Below, in pieces: positions 56,980 to 64,000 of a stretch of 64,000 nucleotides of DNA. Location of the stretch: positions 23 to 64,022 of the forward strand of contig JASGGG010000006.1 of the NCBI GenBank assembly GCA_047605165.1, read 5' to 3'. The translations under genes were made by a program, and so were the position numbers. The stretch comes from Nocardioidaceae bacterium. Lineage in GTDB: Bacteria; Actinomycetota; Actinomycetes; Propionibacteriales; Nocardioidaceae. Each line of letters begins with the position of its first letter. Positions within the stretch are counted from its first letter, which is position 1. Under the pieces are notes generated by a model. It was not told where the DNA came from. It ran no database searches and saw only the letters and a list, made by a program, of their open reading frames with translations.

Positions 56980-58872
56980 CTACCGCAGCGCAGCCAGTGT
57001 GTCGGCTGCGATCGTCTCGGCGTCGAGGCCGATATCGGCCAGGATCTTGGCGCGTTTGGCGTGGTCGAGGAAGCGCTGCGGGATGCCGTGCAGGCGAACC
57101 GGCGTGGTCACCCCGGCCTCGGTGAGCGTCTGCAGGAGCACCGACCCGCATCCGCCGACGATGCCGTTGTCCTCGACACTCACCACGAGCCGGTGTGCGC
57201 CGGCGAGCTCGACGAGCGCGGGATCGACGGGCTTGACCCACCGGGGGTCGACGACGGTGACACCCAGACCCGAGGCCACCAGCTTCGCCGCGGCCTCGAC
57301 AGCTACCGAGCCCATCGCACCGACCGCGACGACGAGCACGTCCCGCGCACCCTCGCGGACCAGCACATCGCCGCCGCCCACCGTGTCGACGGCTTCGATG
57401 TCGTCGGGGGGCGGGCCTTTCGGGAAGCGTAGGACCGTAGGCGCGTCGGAGACCTCGACCGCCTCGCGTAGCAGCTCACGCAGCCGGGTCGCGTCACGGG
57501 GCGCCGCCAGCCGGAGGCCAGGCACCACCTGGAGGATCGAGAGGTCCCACATGCCGTTGTGCGACGCGCCGTCGTCGCCGGTCACGCCGGACCGGTCGAG
57601 CACGAACGTCACCCCGCACCGGTGCAGCGCCACGTCCATCAGCACCTGGTCGAACGCGCGGTTGAGGAACGTCGCGTAGATCGCCACGACCGGATGCAGT
57701 CCACCCATCGCGAGTCCGGCGGCCGAGGTGGTGGCGTGCTGCTCGGCGATGCCGACGTCGAAGACCCGCTCGGGGAACTTCTCGGCGAAGCGGTCCAGCC
57801 CGACCGGGTGCAGCATCGCCGCGGTGATGCCGACGACGTCGGGCCGGTCGGCCGCGATCGAGACGATCTCGTCGGCGAACACGTCGGTCCAGATCGTCGC
57901 GCGCGGCTTCTCGACCCCGGTCTCGACATCGAACGGTCCCGGGGAGTGGAACTGGTCGGCCTCGTGGTTCTCAGCCGCGTCGTACCCGAAGCCCTTCTTG
58001 GTGAGCACGTGCACGATGACCGGACCACCGAACCCCTTGGCGCTGCTCAGCGCCGCCTCGACCGCCGAGAGGTCGTGCCCGTCGACTGGGCCGACGTACT
58101 TCAGGCCGAGATCCTCGAACAGGCCCTGGGGCGCGAGCGCGTCCTTGACACCCTTCTTCATCGCGTGCAGCGCGTCGTAGACAGCAGGACCGACACCCGG
58201 TACGCCGTTGAGCCGCCGCTTGACCGCATCGAGCATCGGCTCGTACCGCGGGCTGGTCCGCAGCCGGGTCAGTGCCGTTGCGAGGCCGCCGACGGTCGGC
58301 GTGTACGAACGGCCGTTGTCGTTGACGACCATGACCAGTCGGCGGTGTTCCCCACCGTCCGCGGCGATGTTGTTCAGCGCCTCCCAGGCCATGCCCCCGG
58401 TGAGCGCGCCGTCCCCGATCAGCGCCACCACGTGCCGGTCGTCACCCTGGAGGTGGTATGCCTTCGCGAGGCCGTCGGCGTAGGACAACGCAGTTGACGC
58501 ATGCGAGTTCTCGACGATGTCGTGGTCGGACTCCCGCTGGCTCGGATAGCCGGAGAGCCCGCCCTCGGTGCGCAGCGTGTCGAACGCGTCGGCGCGCCCG
58601 GTCAACAACTTGTGCACGTAGGCCTGGTGACCGGTGTCGAACACGATTCGGTCGCGCGGCGAGTCGAAGACCCGGTGCAGCGCGATCGTCAGTTCGACGA
58701 CGCCGAGGTTCGGCCCGAGATGGCCGCCCCGCGGCGAGCAGGTGGCCACCAGCCGGTCCCGGATCTCGGCGGCGAGTGCGGTCAACTGCTCCGGGCCGAG
58801 ACCTCGTAGGTCGGCCGGCCCGGAGATCGACTCCAGGATCGAAACTGGCATCGGATCCTGCTGCCCCATCAC
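56980..58872 (-). CDS. dxs: 1-deoxy-D-xylulose-5-phosphate synthase
   Basis: [14 protein letters not shown]...[15 protein letters not shown]...IAEQHA. Confidence 0.97.
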   Translation of the reverse strand: MMGQQDPMPVSILESISGPADLRGLGPEQLTALAAEIRDRLVATCSPRGGHLGPNLGVVELTIALHRVFDSPRDRIVFDTGHQAYVHKLLTGRADAFDTLRTEGGLSGYPSQRESDHDIVENSHASTALSYADGLAKAYHLQGDDRHVVALIGDGALTGGMAWEALNNIAADGGEHRRLVMVVNDNGRSYTPTVGGLATALTRLRTSPRYEPMLDAVKRRLNGVPGVGPAVYDALHAMKKGVKDALAPQGLFEDLGLKYVGPVDGHDLSAVEAALSSAKGFGGPVIVHVLTKKGFGYDAAENHEADQFHSPGPFDVETGVEKPRATIWTDVFADEIVSIAADRPDVVGITAAMLHPVGLDRFAEKFPERVFDVGIAEQHATTSAAGLAMGGLHPVVAIYATFLNRAFDQVLMDVALHRCGVTFVLDRSGVTGDDGASHNGMWDLSILQVVPGLRLAAPRDATRLRELLREAVEVSDAPTVLRFPKGPPPDDIEAVDTVGGGDVLVREGARDVLVVAVGAMGSVAVEAAAKLVASGLGVTVVDPRWVKPVDPALVELAGAHRLVVSVEDNGIVGGCGSVLLQTLTEAGVTTPVRLHGIPQRFLDHAKRAKILADIGLDAETIAADTLAALR

Positions 58873-59013
58873 GCTCGCTTTCGCTTCGATCCGGTCGTCG
58901 GCGCCGGAAGCATCCAGTCTAGGACGTGGCGGGTCAGACCTCCCCTGATCAGCCGCGCAGCAGGTTCCGAAGCACGTACTGCATGATGCCCTTCCAACTA
59001 CTACACTAATTCT

Positions 59014-60498
59014 GTGACCACGAGCCGGACCAAGACCAGCGCTGCCGTCTACTGCCGCATTTCCAAGGACTCTACCGGTGAGGGCGCGGGCGTTGAACGG
59101 CAGCGCGCCGCCTGCATGGAGCTCGCGGCTTCTCGCGGCTGGTCAATCGATCCCGCCAACGTCTACATCGAGAACGACACCTCAGCCACCACCGGCAGGC
59201 GACCCAAGTACGACAGGATGATCGCCGCCGCCGAGGCTGGGAACGTCAGCGTCATCATCGCCTGGCACGTCGACCGCCTCACCCGCAAGGTGACCGAGAT
59301 CGAGGATCTCATCGCGCTATCGGAGCGCACCGGCGTCAAAGTGACGACCGTCTCCGGTGACCTCGACCTCACGACCGACAGCGGTCGCCTGGTAGGCCGC
59401 ATCCTGGCATCGGTAGCCCGCGGCGAGGTTGAGCGCAAGGGCGCACGGCAACGGGCAGCCAACCTCCAACGCGCCGAAGATGGCAAGCCACCACACACCG
59501 GCCGTGCGTTCGGGTACGACCTAGACGGCACCATCCGGCCCGATGAGGCCGAGGTCGTCCGCGAGCTCTACACGCGCTTCGCCGCCGGCGCTGGCCTGCA
59601 CACCTTGGTGACCTGGCTCAGCGACACCGGGCAACTCAACACCCGCGGCAAGGCTTGGACCAGGGCGGGGGTACGCGACCTCTTGCAAAACCCTCGCTAC
59701 ATCGCCGAGCGTTGGATCTTGCGCGGGTACGGCAAGGACCGTGTTCGCGAGTACGTCGGCCCAGGCGCCTGGGAGCCCATCGTCAGCGAGGACACGTTCC
59801 GCGCCGTGGCGTCGATCCTGGCCGAGCCGTCTCGACGCGAGAAGTACGGAAGGAACGGCAACGTGCGCAAGTATTGGGGAGCCGCCTGCTTCCGTTGTGG
59901 GGTGTGTGGGTCGTTGGTCAAGACGAACTACGGCAGCATCAAGCACAAGGACGGCAGCACCGTCGTCTACCGCAAGTACCTCTGTGCCGAGAAGTGGTGT
60001 GTCAGCAGGCGCGCCGACTACATCGACGAGTACGTCGAGGCCGTCATCTGCGCACGCCTCCGCGACCCGCGCATCGTCGCCGCGATGGCTACCGAGCAGG
60101 ACGCTGGCGCCGTGCGCAAGCTGCGCGACGAGGCCAACACGTTGCGCAGCCGCATCGATGGTCTAGCAGGCGACTACGCCGACGGGCTGCTGACGGCACG
60201 CCAAGTGAAGGTCGCTACCGATCGGGCTGAGGCACGCCTTCGCGAGGTCGAGTCCCGGCTCGCAGACCTCGGCTCGGCGAACGCGCTTGGCCAAGTCGTC
60301 GGAGCCACCGACCCCGCCACGGCTTGGCTTGCCCTCGACCCCGAGTCCCGAGCGAGCATCGCCAGCGCGCTGTGCACGGTGTACCTCGACCGTCAGCCGC
60401 GTGGTCGGCGTCCGTCCGACCGCAACCCCGAGAAGGTCGCGGAGTGGACCGAGAAGATGACGAGCACGATTCGTATCGAGTGGAAGGGAGCGCCGTGA
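59014..60498 (+). CDS. large serine recombinase (phage-type integrase)
   Basis: [11 protein letters not shown]...GVERQ...[12 protein letters not shown] is the resolvase catalytic domain. It is followed by the recombinase domain, a Cys-rich zinc ribbon (CFRCGVCG...CAEKWC) and a coiled coil. Confidence 0.92.
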   Translation: MTTSRTKTSAAVYCRISKDSTGEGAGVERQRAACMELAASRGWSIDPANVYIENDTSATTGRRPKYDRMIAAAEAGNVSVIIAWHVDRLTRKVTEIEDLIALSERTGVKVTTVSGDLDLTTDSGRLVGRILASVARGEVERKGARQRAANLQRAEDGKPPHTGRAFGYDLDGTIRPDEAEVVRELYTRFAAGAGLHTLVTWLSDTGQLNTRGKAWTRAGVRDLLQNPRYIAERWILRGYGKDRVREYVGPGAWEPIVSEDTFRAVASILAEPSRREKYGRNGNVRKYWGAACFRCGVCGSLVKTNYGSIKHKDGSTVVYRKYLCAEKWCVSRRADYIDEYVEAVICARLRDPRIVAAMATEQDAGAVRKLRDEANTLRSRIDGLAGDYADGLLTARQVKVATDRAEARLREVESRLADLGSANALGQVVGATDPATAWLALDPESRASIASALCTVYLDRQPRGRRPSDRNPEKVAEWTEKMTSTIRIEWKGAP

Positions 60499-60782
60499 AG
60501 CTCCTACTGAAGGTGGTCTGCGGAAAGTGTGGCAACAAGATCGGTGAGGTGTACGCCGACGGAGGCGACTTCCACTATCGCCCCCAGTGGCCGACTATGC
60601 CTGCCGGTGACGATGGACCGATAGCCCGGGCGTCGAAGCAGGACTCTTTGACCTCCGGCCGATTCTGGTGCCTAAGGCACGGCTGGACCAACGCGACGGA
60701 GGTAGATGCTGCTGCCCGCGAGGCAGGCGGCACCCAAAGAGGCAAGACACTCCGAGCGCATGTAACTCCAACCGGTCACTAG
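60495..60782 (+). CDS. small hypothetical protein with CxxC motif
   Basis: [20 protein letters not shown].... Its GTGA overlaps the recombinase stop. Confidence 0.45.
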   Translation: MKLLLKVVCGKCGNKIGEVYADGGDFHYRPQWPTMPAGDDGPIARASKQDSLTSGRFWCLRHGWTNATEVDAAAREAGGTQRGKTLRAHVTPTGH

Positions 60783-60889
60783 CTGCTACCCTGTTATTGC
60801 TCGGATAAGGACTCCGTATCAGTGGACTCCCCAACCAATGACAGTGCAGGCGAGCACCTGCGGTAACTCCTGTATGTGGAGGCCGTCAG

Positions 60890-61105
60890 GTGCTTTCGTT
60901 GTCTTCGAACCACTACCGCGGCAAGGTAGCCGCGCTGTCACGCTCACGTGCTGCCGACGATCCCGAGCTCGTCGAGGCCAAGCGCAACTATCACGCCGAG
61001 AAGCTCGCCGAGCGGGTCGGGCAGGTCGTCAACTCGGCTCCACCGATGACGACCGAACAGGTCGACCGCATCGTCTCCATCCTGCGGGGTGGTGTCCGTG
61101 CCTGA
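60890..61105 (+). CDS. small hypothetical phage-like protein
   Basis: 71-aa ORF, charged and helical-looking. It overlaps the next gene's start. Confidence 0.4.
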   Translation: MLSLSSNHYRGKVAALSRSRAADDPELVEAKRNYHAEKLAERVGQVVNSAPPMTTEQVDRIVSILRGGVRA

Positions 61106-61583
61106 GAACGAAAGCCGCCCCACCATCGGCGGGGCGGCCTCACAGCCGTTCGGAGTCGGCATCACCAGTGTAGGACCGTCATTCGACCGCAGCGTGTACC
61201 AACGTCGCCATTGGGCGCGCCAGCTCATCGACCGAGCTGCTGGCCCGATTCCACGGTATGGCTCCCCCGAATGGCTGAGACTGCCCGAGGGCAGCGCCGA
61301 GAAGGTCGCGGCGTGCGTCATCGCTGCTGAATGCTGGGCGGTCGATGGCGACGACGTACCAGGCCGGCTCGCGGCCGAGCTGGCCGAGGAACGAGCAGCG
61401 TTCCAGCGCGCCGAGGATGCCGACTACCGCGAGCGTGCCGAGCAGCACCGCCTCGAGTGGGCCTATCTCGGGCGTACTTCGGTGCCTGCTCGACGTGCTG
61501 AGCAGCAGGTGCCGCCCCGCGACTTGTACGAGATTGGGCGTGACCATCTGCGGCTGGTTCGGGGCGGTGGTGGTGCGGCATGA
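61089..61583 (+). CDS. DUF2742-like protein
   Basis: YGSPEWLRLPEGSAEKVAACVIAAECWA is the signature seen in actinobacterial integrated elements. Confidence 0.6.
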   Translation: MVSVPENESRPTIGGAASQPFGVGITSVGPSFDRSVYQRRHWARQLIDRAAGPIPRYGSPEWLRLPEGSAEKVAACVIAAECWAVDGDDVPGRLAAELAEERAAFQRAEDADYRERAEQHRLEWAYLGRTSVPARRAEQQVPPRDLYEIGRDHLRLVRGGGGAA

Positions 61584-62980
61584 GTGACACCGCTGCTTGG
61601 ATTCCGCCCAACGACCCCGACCACATCCCCGATTGCGGCACCGCCTACCTCGTTCATCAGGCTGCACCCGTCGAGGTACACAGGGGTCAGGCTCGGCTCG
61701 CCTATCGGCTGGCGAAAACGTACGCCGACAAGCTGATGTACGTGCACGGCATCGGCTGGCACGAATGGGACGGCTGGCGATGGATCGAGGACCGCCACGG
61801 CGCCGCCAAACGGGCCGTGCTCGACGAGCTACGCCGAGCACTAGCGGAATCCCTCGACGATGCCGACCTCCGCAAGGACGTGCGCAAGTGCGAGTCCTCT
61901 ACCGGCGTGGCCGGTGTGCTCGACCTGGCATCGGCGCTGGATGAGTTCGCGGTCACCCTCGACGACCTCGACTCCGACCCGTACCTGCTCAACACTGAGT
62001 CCGGCACCCTGGACCTGCGTACCGGTCACCTGTACGCCCATCGGCCAAGCGACCGGATTACCAAGGTCACCGGGTGTTCGTACCGGAACAACTGTTCAGG
62101 TGAAGTGTTCGAGCGGTTCCTGGCCGAGGTGCTGCCCGACGCCGCGGTACGGACGTTCGTGCAGACGGTGTTCGGTCTGGCGCTGCTGGGCAAGGTGACC
62201 GAGCACGTTCTGCCGATCTTCACCGGCACCGGCCGCAACGGCAAGAGCACCCTTCTCAATGTCGTGCGGGCAGCGTTGGGCGACTACGCCATCGAGGCCG
62301 AGCCCGACCTGCTCATCGAACGCGACCGTGCCCACCCCACCGGGCTACTCGACCTACGCGGCACCCGGCTAGCGGTCTGCCAGGAGTCCGACGAGGGCCG
62401 CCGCCTGGCCGTTGCGACCGTCAAGCGGCTGACCGGCGGCGACGCGATCAGAGCTCGCCGGATGCGCAGCGACTTCGTCGAGTTCATCCCCAGCCACACA
62501 GCAGTCCTGGTTACCAACCACAAGCCCCGAGTGCCCGGTGACGACCCGGCCCTGTGGCGCCGCCTGCGCGTGGTCCCGTTCGACGTGGTGGTGCCCGACC
62601 CTGACCCGCACCTCCCCGACCGGCTCGACCTCGAACGCGCCGCCGCGCTGGCCTGGGCCGTGCAGGGTTACCACCGGTACGCCAAGGACGGCCTGACCGC
62701 ACCCGAAGCCGTCTGCGCTGCCACCGAGGGCTACCGCACCGCCAGCGACGTGCTGGGCCGCTACCTCGACGAACGCACCATCACCGGCGGACCAGCCCTG
62801 TACGCCAGAGCCGGCGAGCTGTTCGCCGACTGGCAAGCCTGGTGCGCCCGAACCGGCGAACGGGCCGGCCGCGCCAACGAGTTCAGCCAAGCGCTCGAAC
62901 AGCGGGGATTCAGCCGCGAGCGCCGCAAGATCGGGTACGTCTACATCGGCCTCGGGCTCACTGCCAGAGAGGACGGGTGA
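61580..62980 (+). CDS. phage/plasmid primase, P4 family (D5-type NTPase C-terminal domain)
   Basis: Walker A is FTGTGRNGKST and Walker B is AVCQESDEG. Also TGGDAIRARRMRSDFVEF and PHTAVLVTNHKP. Confidence 0.85.
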   Translation: MSDTAAWIPPNDPDHIPDCGTAYLVHQAAPVEVHRGQARLAYRLAKTYADKLMYVHGIGWHEWDGWRWIEDRHGAAKRAVLDELRRALAESLDDADLRKDVRKCESSTGVAGVLDLASALDEFAVTLDDLDSDPYLLNTESGTLDLRTGHLYAHRPSDRITKVTGCSYRNNCSGEVFERFLAEVLPDAAVRTFVQTVFGLALLGKVTEHVLPIFTGTGRNGKSTLLNVVRAALGDYAIEAEPDLLIERDRAHPTGLLDLRGTRLAVCQESDEGRRLAVATVKRLTGGDAIRARRMRSDFVEFIPSHTAVLVTNHKPRVPGDDPALWRRLRVVPFDVVVPDPDPHLPDRLDLERAAALAWAVQGYHRYAKDGLTAPEAVCAATEGYRTASDVLGRYLDERTITGGPALYARAGELFADWQAWCARTGERAGRANEFSQALEQRGFSRERRKIGYVYIGLGLTAREDG

Positions 62981-63044
62981 ACCCTGGTGCACCCTCTCCG
63001 GCATACCTCCCACGCGCGCGCACATTCAAAGTTTCACGAACAGG

Positions 63045-63260
63045 GTGCACCAGCCTGCACCACCACCCGAACAGGAGCACTCAGCCGTGACCCAATACCG
63101 CTGCCCAACCTGCGGTGTCGCCCTACGTATCAAGAACGGTCGTACCCACCTCGCACACGCCACCTGGTGCCGCTGGGCACCACGACCCAAGCCCGCGGTC
63201 GTGGTGCTGACCACCTCGGCCACCCACGACAACAACGACACCGAGAAGGAGAACCAATGA
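63045..63260 (+). CDS. small hypothetical protein (CxxC...C zinc-ribbon-like)
   Basis: YRCPTCGVALRIKNGRTHLAHATWC. The start is uncertain. Confidence 0.35.
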   Translation: MHQPAPPPEQEHSAVTQYRCPTCGVALRIKNGRTHLAHATWCRWAPRPKPAVVVLTTSATHDNNDTEKENQ

Positions 63261-63490
63261 GCTGGCCCGAGGTACTCGACGAGATGACCAGCGACGAGCT
63301 GGACGTCTACTGCCGCGATGCATGGGAGGACGCGCGCGCCATCGCCGATCGGGAAGGCGAGGACAGCCGCCGTGCCCGGGCATGGCGACAGGTGGCACAG
63401 GAGGCCAGCACCGTCCGTGGGGAACGCGCTACAGCCTGGGCCAACGCCTCGGCCTGGCTGTTCGGTCCCGCGGCCGAGGAGGAGATGTGA
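63257..63490 (+). CDS. small acidic hypothetical protein
   Basis: MSWPEVLDEMTSDELDVYCRDAWEDARAIADREGEDS.... Its ATGA overlaps the previous stop. Confidence 0.45.
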   Translation: MSWPEVLDEMTSDELDVYCRDAWEDARAIADREGEDSRRARAWRQVAQEASTVRGERATAWANASAWLFGPAAEEEM

Positions 63491-63520
63491 GCGGGTGCTC
63501 GCACTCTGAGTTTTTTTAGA
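63491..63520 (+). terminator. possible intrinsic terminator (imperfect GC hairpin + T7 run)
   Basis: GCGGGTGCTCGCACTCTGAGTTTTTTT. A 7-T run is very unusual in this GC-rich context. Confidence 0.35.
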
Positions 63521-63771
63521 ACCGGAATGTCCGAGATGACCCGGGTTGCACGACTTTCACACACAGAGCGGTCTGGTGGGGTTCTCGCCTGGTTCTCCGA
63601 GCTTTCTGTCGGGTCTCGTCGCTGTTCCCCGATTGTGTCGGTTGGCTGTGTCAGACTGGTTGCAGGTCGTGAACCGGTGGACTCCGGACCGCCCGCGGGT
63701 GTGGATGCACCCAACCGCTTGAGCCGTGGATTCGGCTCGCACCTCACCATCTCTACTTTCAGGAGTCCACT

Positions 63772-64000
63772 GTGACCATCGAATACCGAACCAACGACCC
63801 GGATGCACCGCCCAAGGCGCTCAAGGCTATGGCCGACAGCCTTGAGCGCCTTGAGGACGAGCGCAACCACCGCGACCCCGGCGTGCGCACGCTTCTCGAG
63901 ATGCTGCCCGAGGGTGTCCGCTCCATTGCCGACCTCCCCGATGCTCAGGTCGGCGCGCTGCGGGAAAAGATGCTGAACAAGGCGACCAACATCGCCACAA
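63772..64000 (+). CDS. hypothetical protein, 5' part only (runs off the window)
   Basis: A GTG follows an AGGAG RBS. The open frame reads VTIEYRTNDPDAPPKALKAMADSLERLEDERNHRDPGVRTLLEMLPEG... to the window end. Confidence 0.45.
   Translation, partial: MTIEYRTNDPDAPPKALKAMADSLERLEDERNHRDPGVRTLLEMLPEGVRSIADLPDAQVGALREKMLNKATNIAT

Larger units (their letters stand above)
58950..64000. mobile_element. integrated serine-recombinase element (phiRv1-like satellite prophage/island), left end near 58950-59010, continues past the window
   Basis: It holds a large serine recombinase, small phage-like ORFs, DUF2742 and a P4-type primase, all on the + strand. An AT-rich junction (AACTACTACACTAATTCTGTG) lies just before the recombinase gene. 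Confidence 0.7.

Noticed and set aside
55181-57679. 832-aa + strand ORF, and similar long ORFs (41285-42676, 37984-39174, 39054-40400, 46254-47582)
   Set aside because: All lie antisense or out of frame to genes with clear family motifs (tesB, PAC2, dxs, esterase, mhpF/E, GT). None has a recognisable domain.
60828-60838. 11-mer CAGTGGACTCC recurring inverted at 63762-63772 as a possible operator pair in the second element
   Set aside because: A single 11-bp match between two sites in 64 kb is expected by chance many times over, and there is no supporting symmetry around either copy.

Overview
High-GC actinobacterial chromosomal segment, read by eye from the sequence and the ORF track only. 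No searches were run, and start codons are best guesses. The backbone is the conserved oriC-proximal cell-division cluster known from Mycobacterium (Rv0007-Rv0020c region). It runs tRNA-Ile/tRNA-Ala, DLW-39 peptide, SURF1, ppiA, rhomboid, crgA, DUF881, pknB, pbpA, rodA, pstP, fhaB, fhaA, tRNA-Leu(CAG), with a PHA synthase module inserted. Directly downstream of tRNA-Leu lies an accessory island of about 13-15 kb. It carries a tyrosine integrase, an RelA/SpoT-fold (toxSAS-like) gene with an overlapping small ORF, two Xis-type HTH genes and an iteron-dense non-coding block. It also carries a frameshifted MobF relaxase, a membrane-anchored polymorphic toxin with an xHH/HNH nuclease tip plus an immunity gene, and a translationally coupled PafB-like/PafC-like WYL pair with a NERD-SF1 helicase. 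The WYL/NERD-helicase operon is my best candidate for an undescribed system. An IS3 element sits at the far side of the island. Housekeeping and catabolic genes follow: ECF sigma, IclR plus meta-cleavage lower pathway, a GT/MT/prenyltransferase-like operon, TerC with a probable Mn riboswitch, a RES-Xre TA pair, uvrB, cardiolipin synthase, ATP ligase, tesB, PAC2 and dxs. A second integrated element begins at about 58.95 kb and runs off the window (large serine recombinase, DUF2742, P4-type primase; phiRv1-like). The left edge shows decayed mobile-element remnants. Many long ORFs in the track are frame-shadow artefacts of high GC content.
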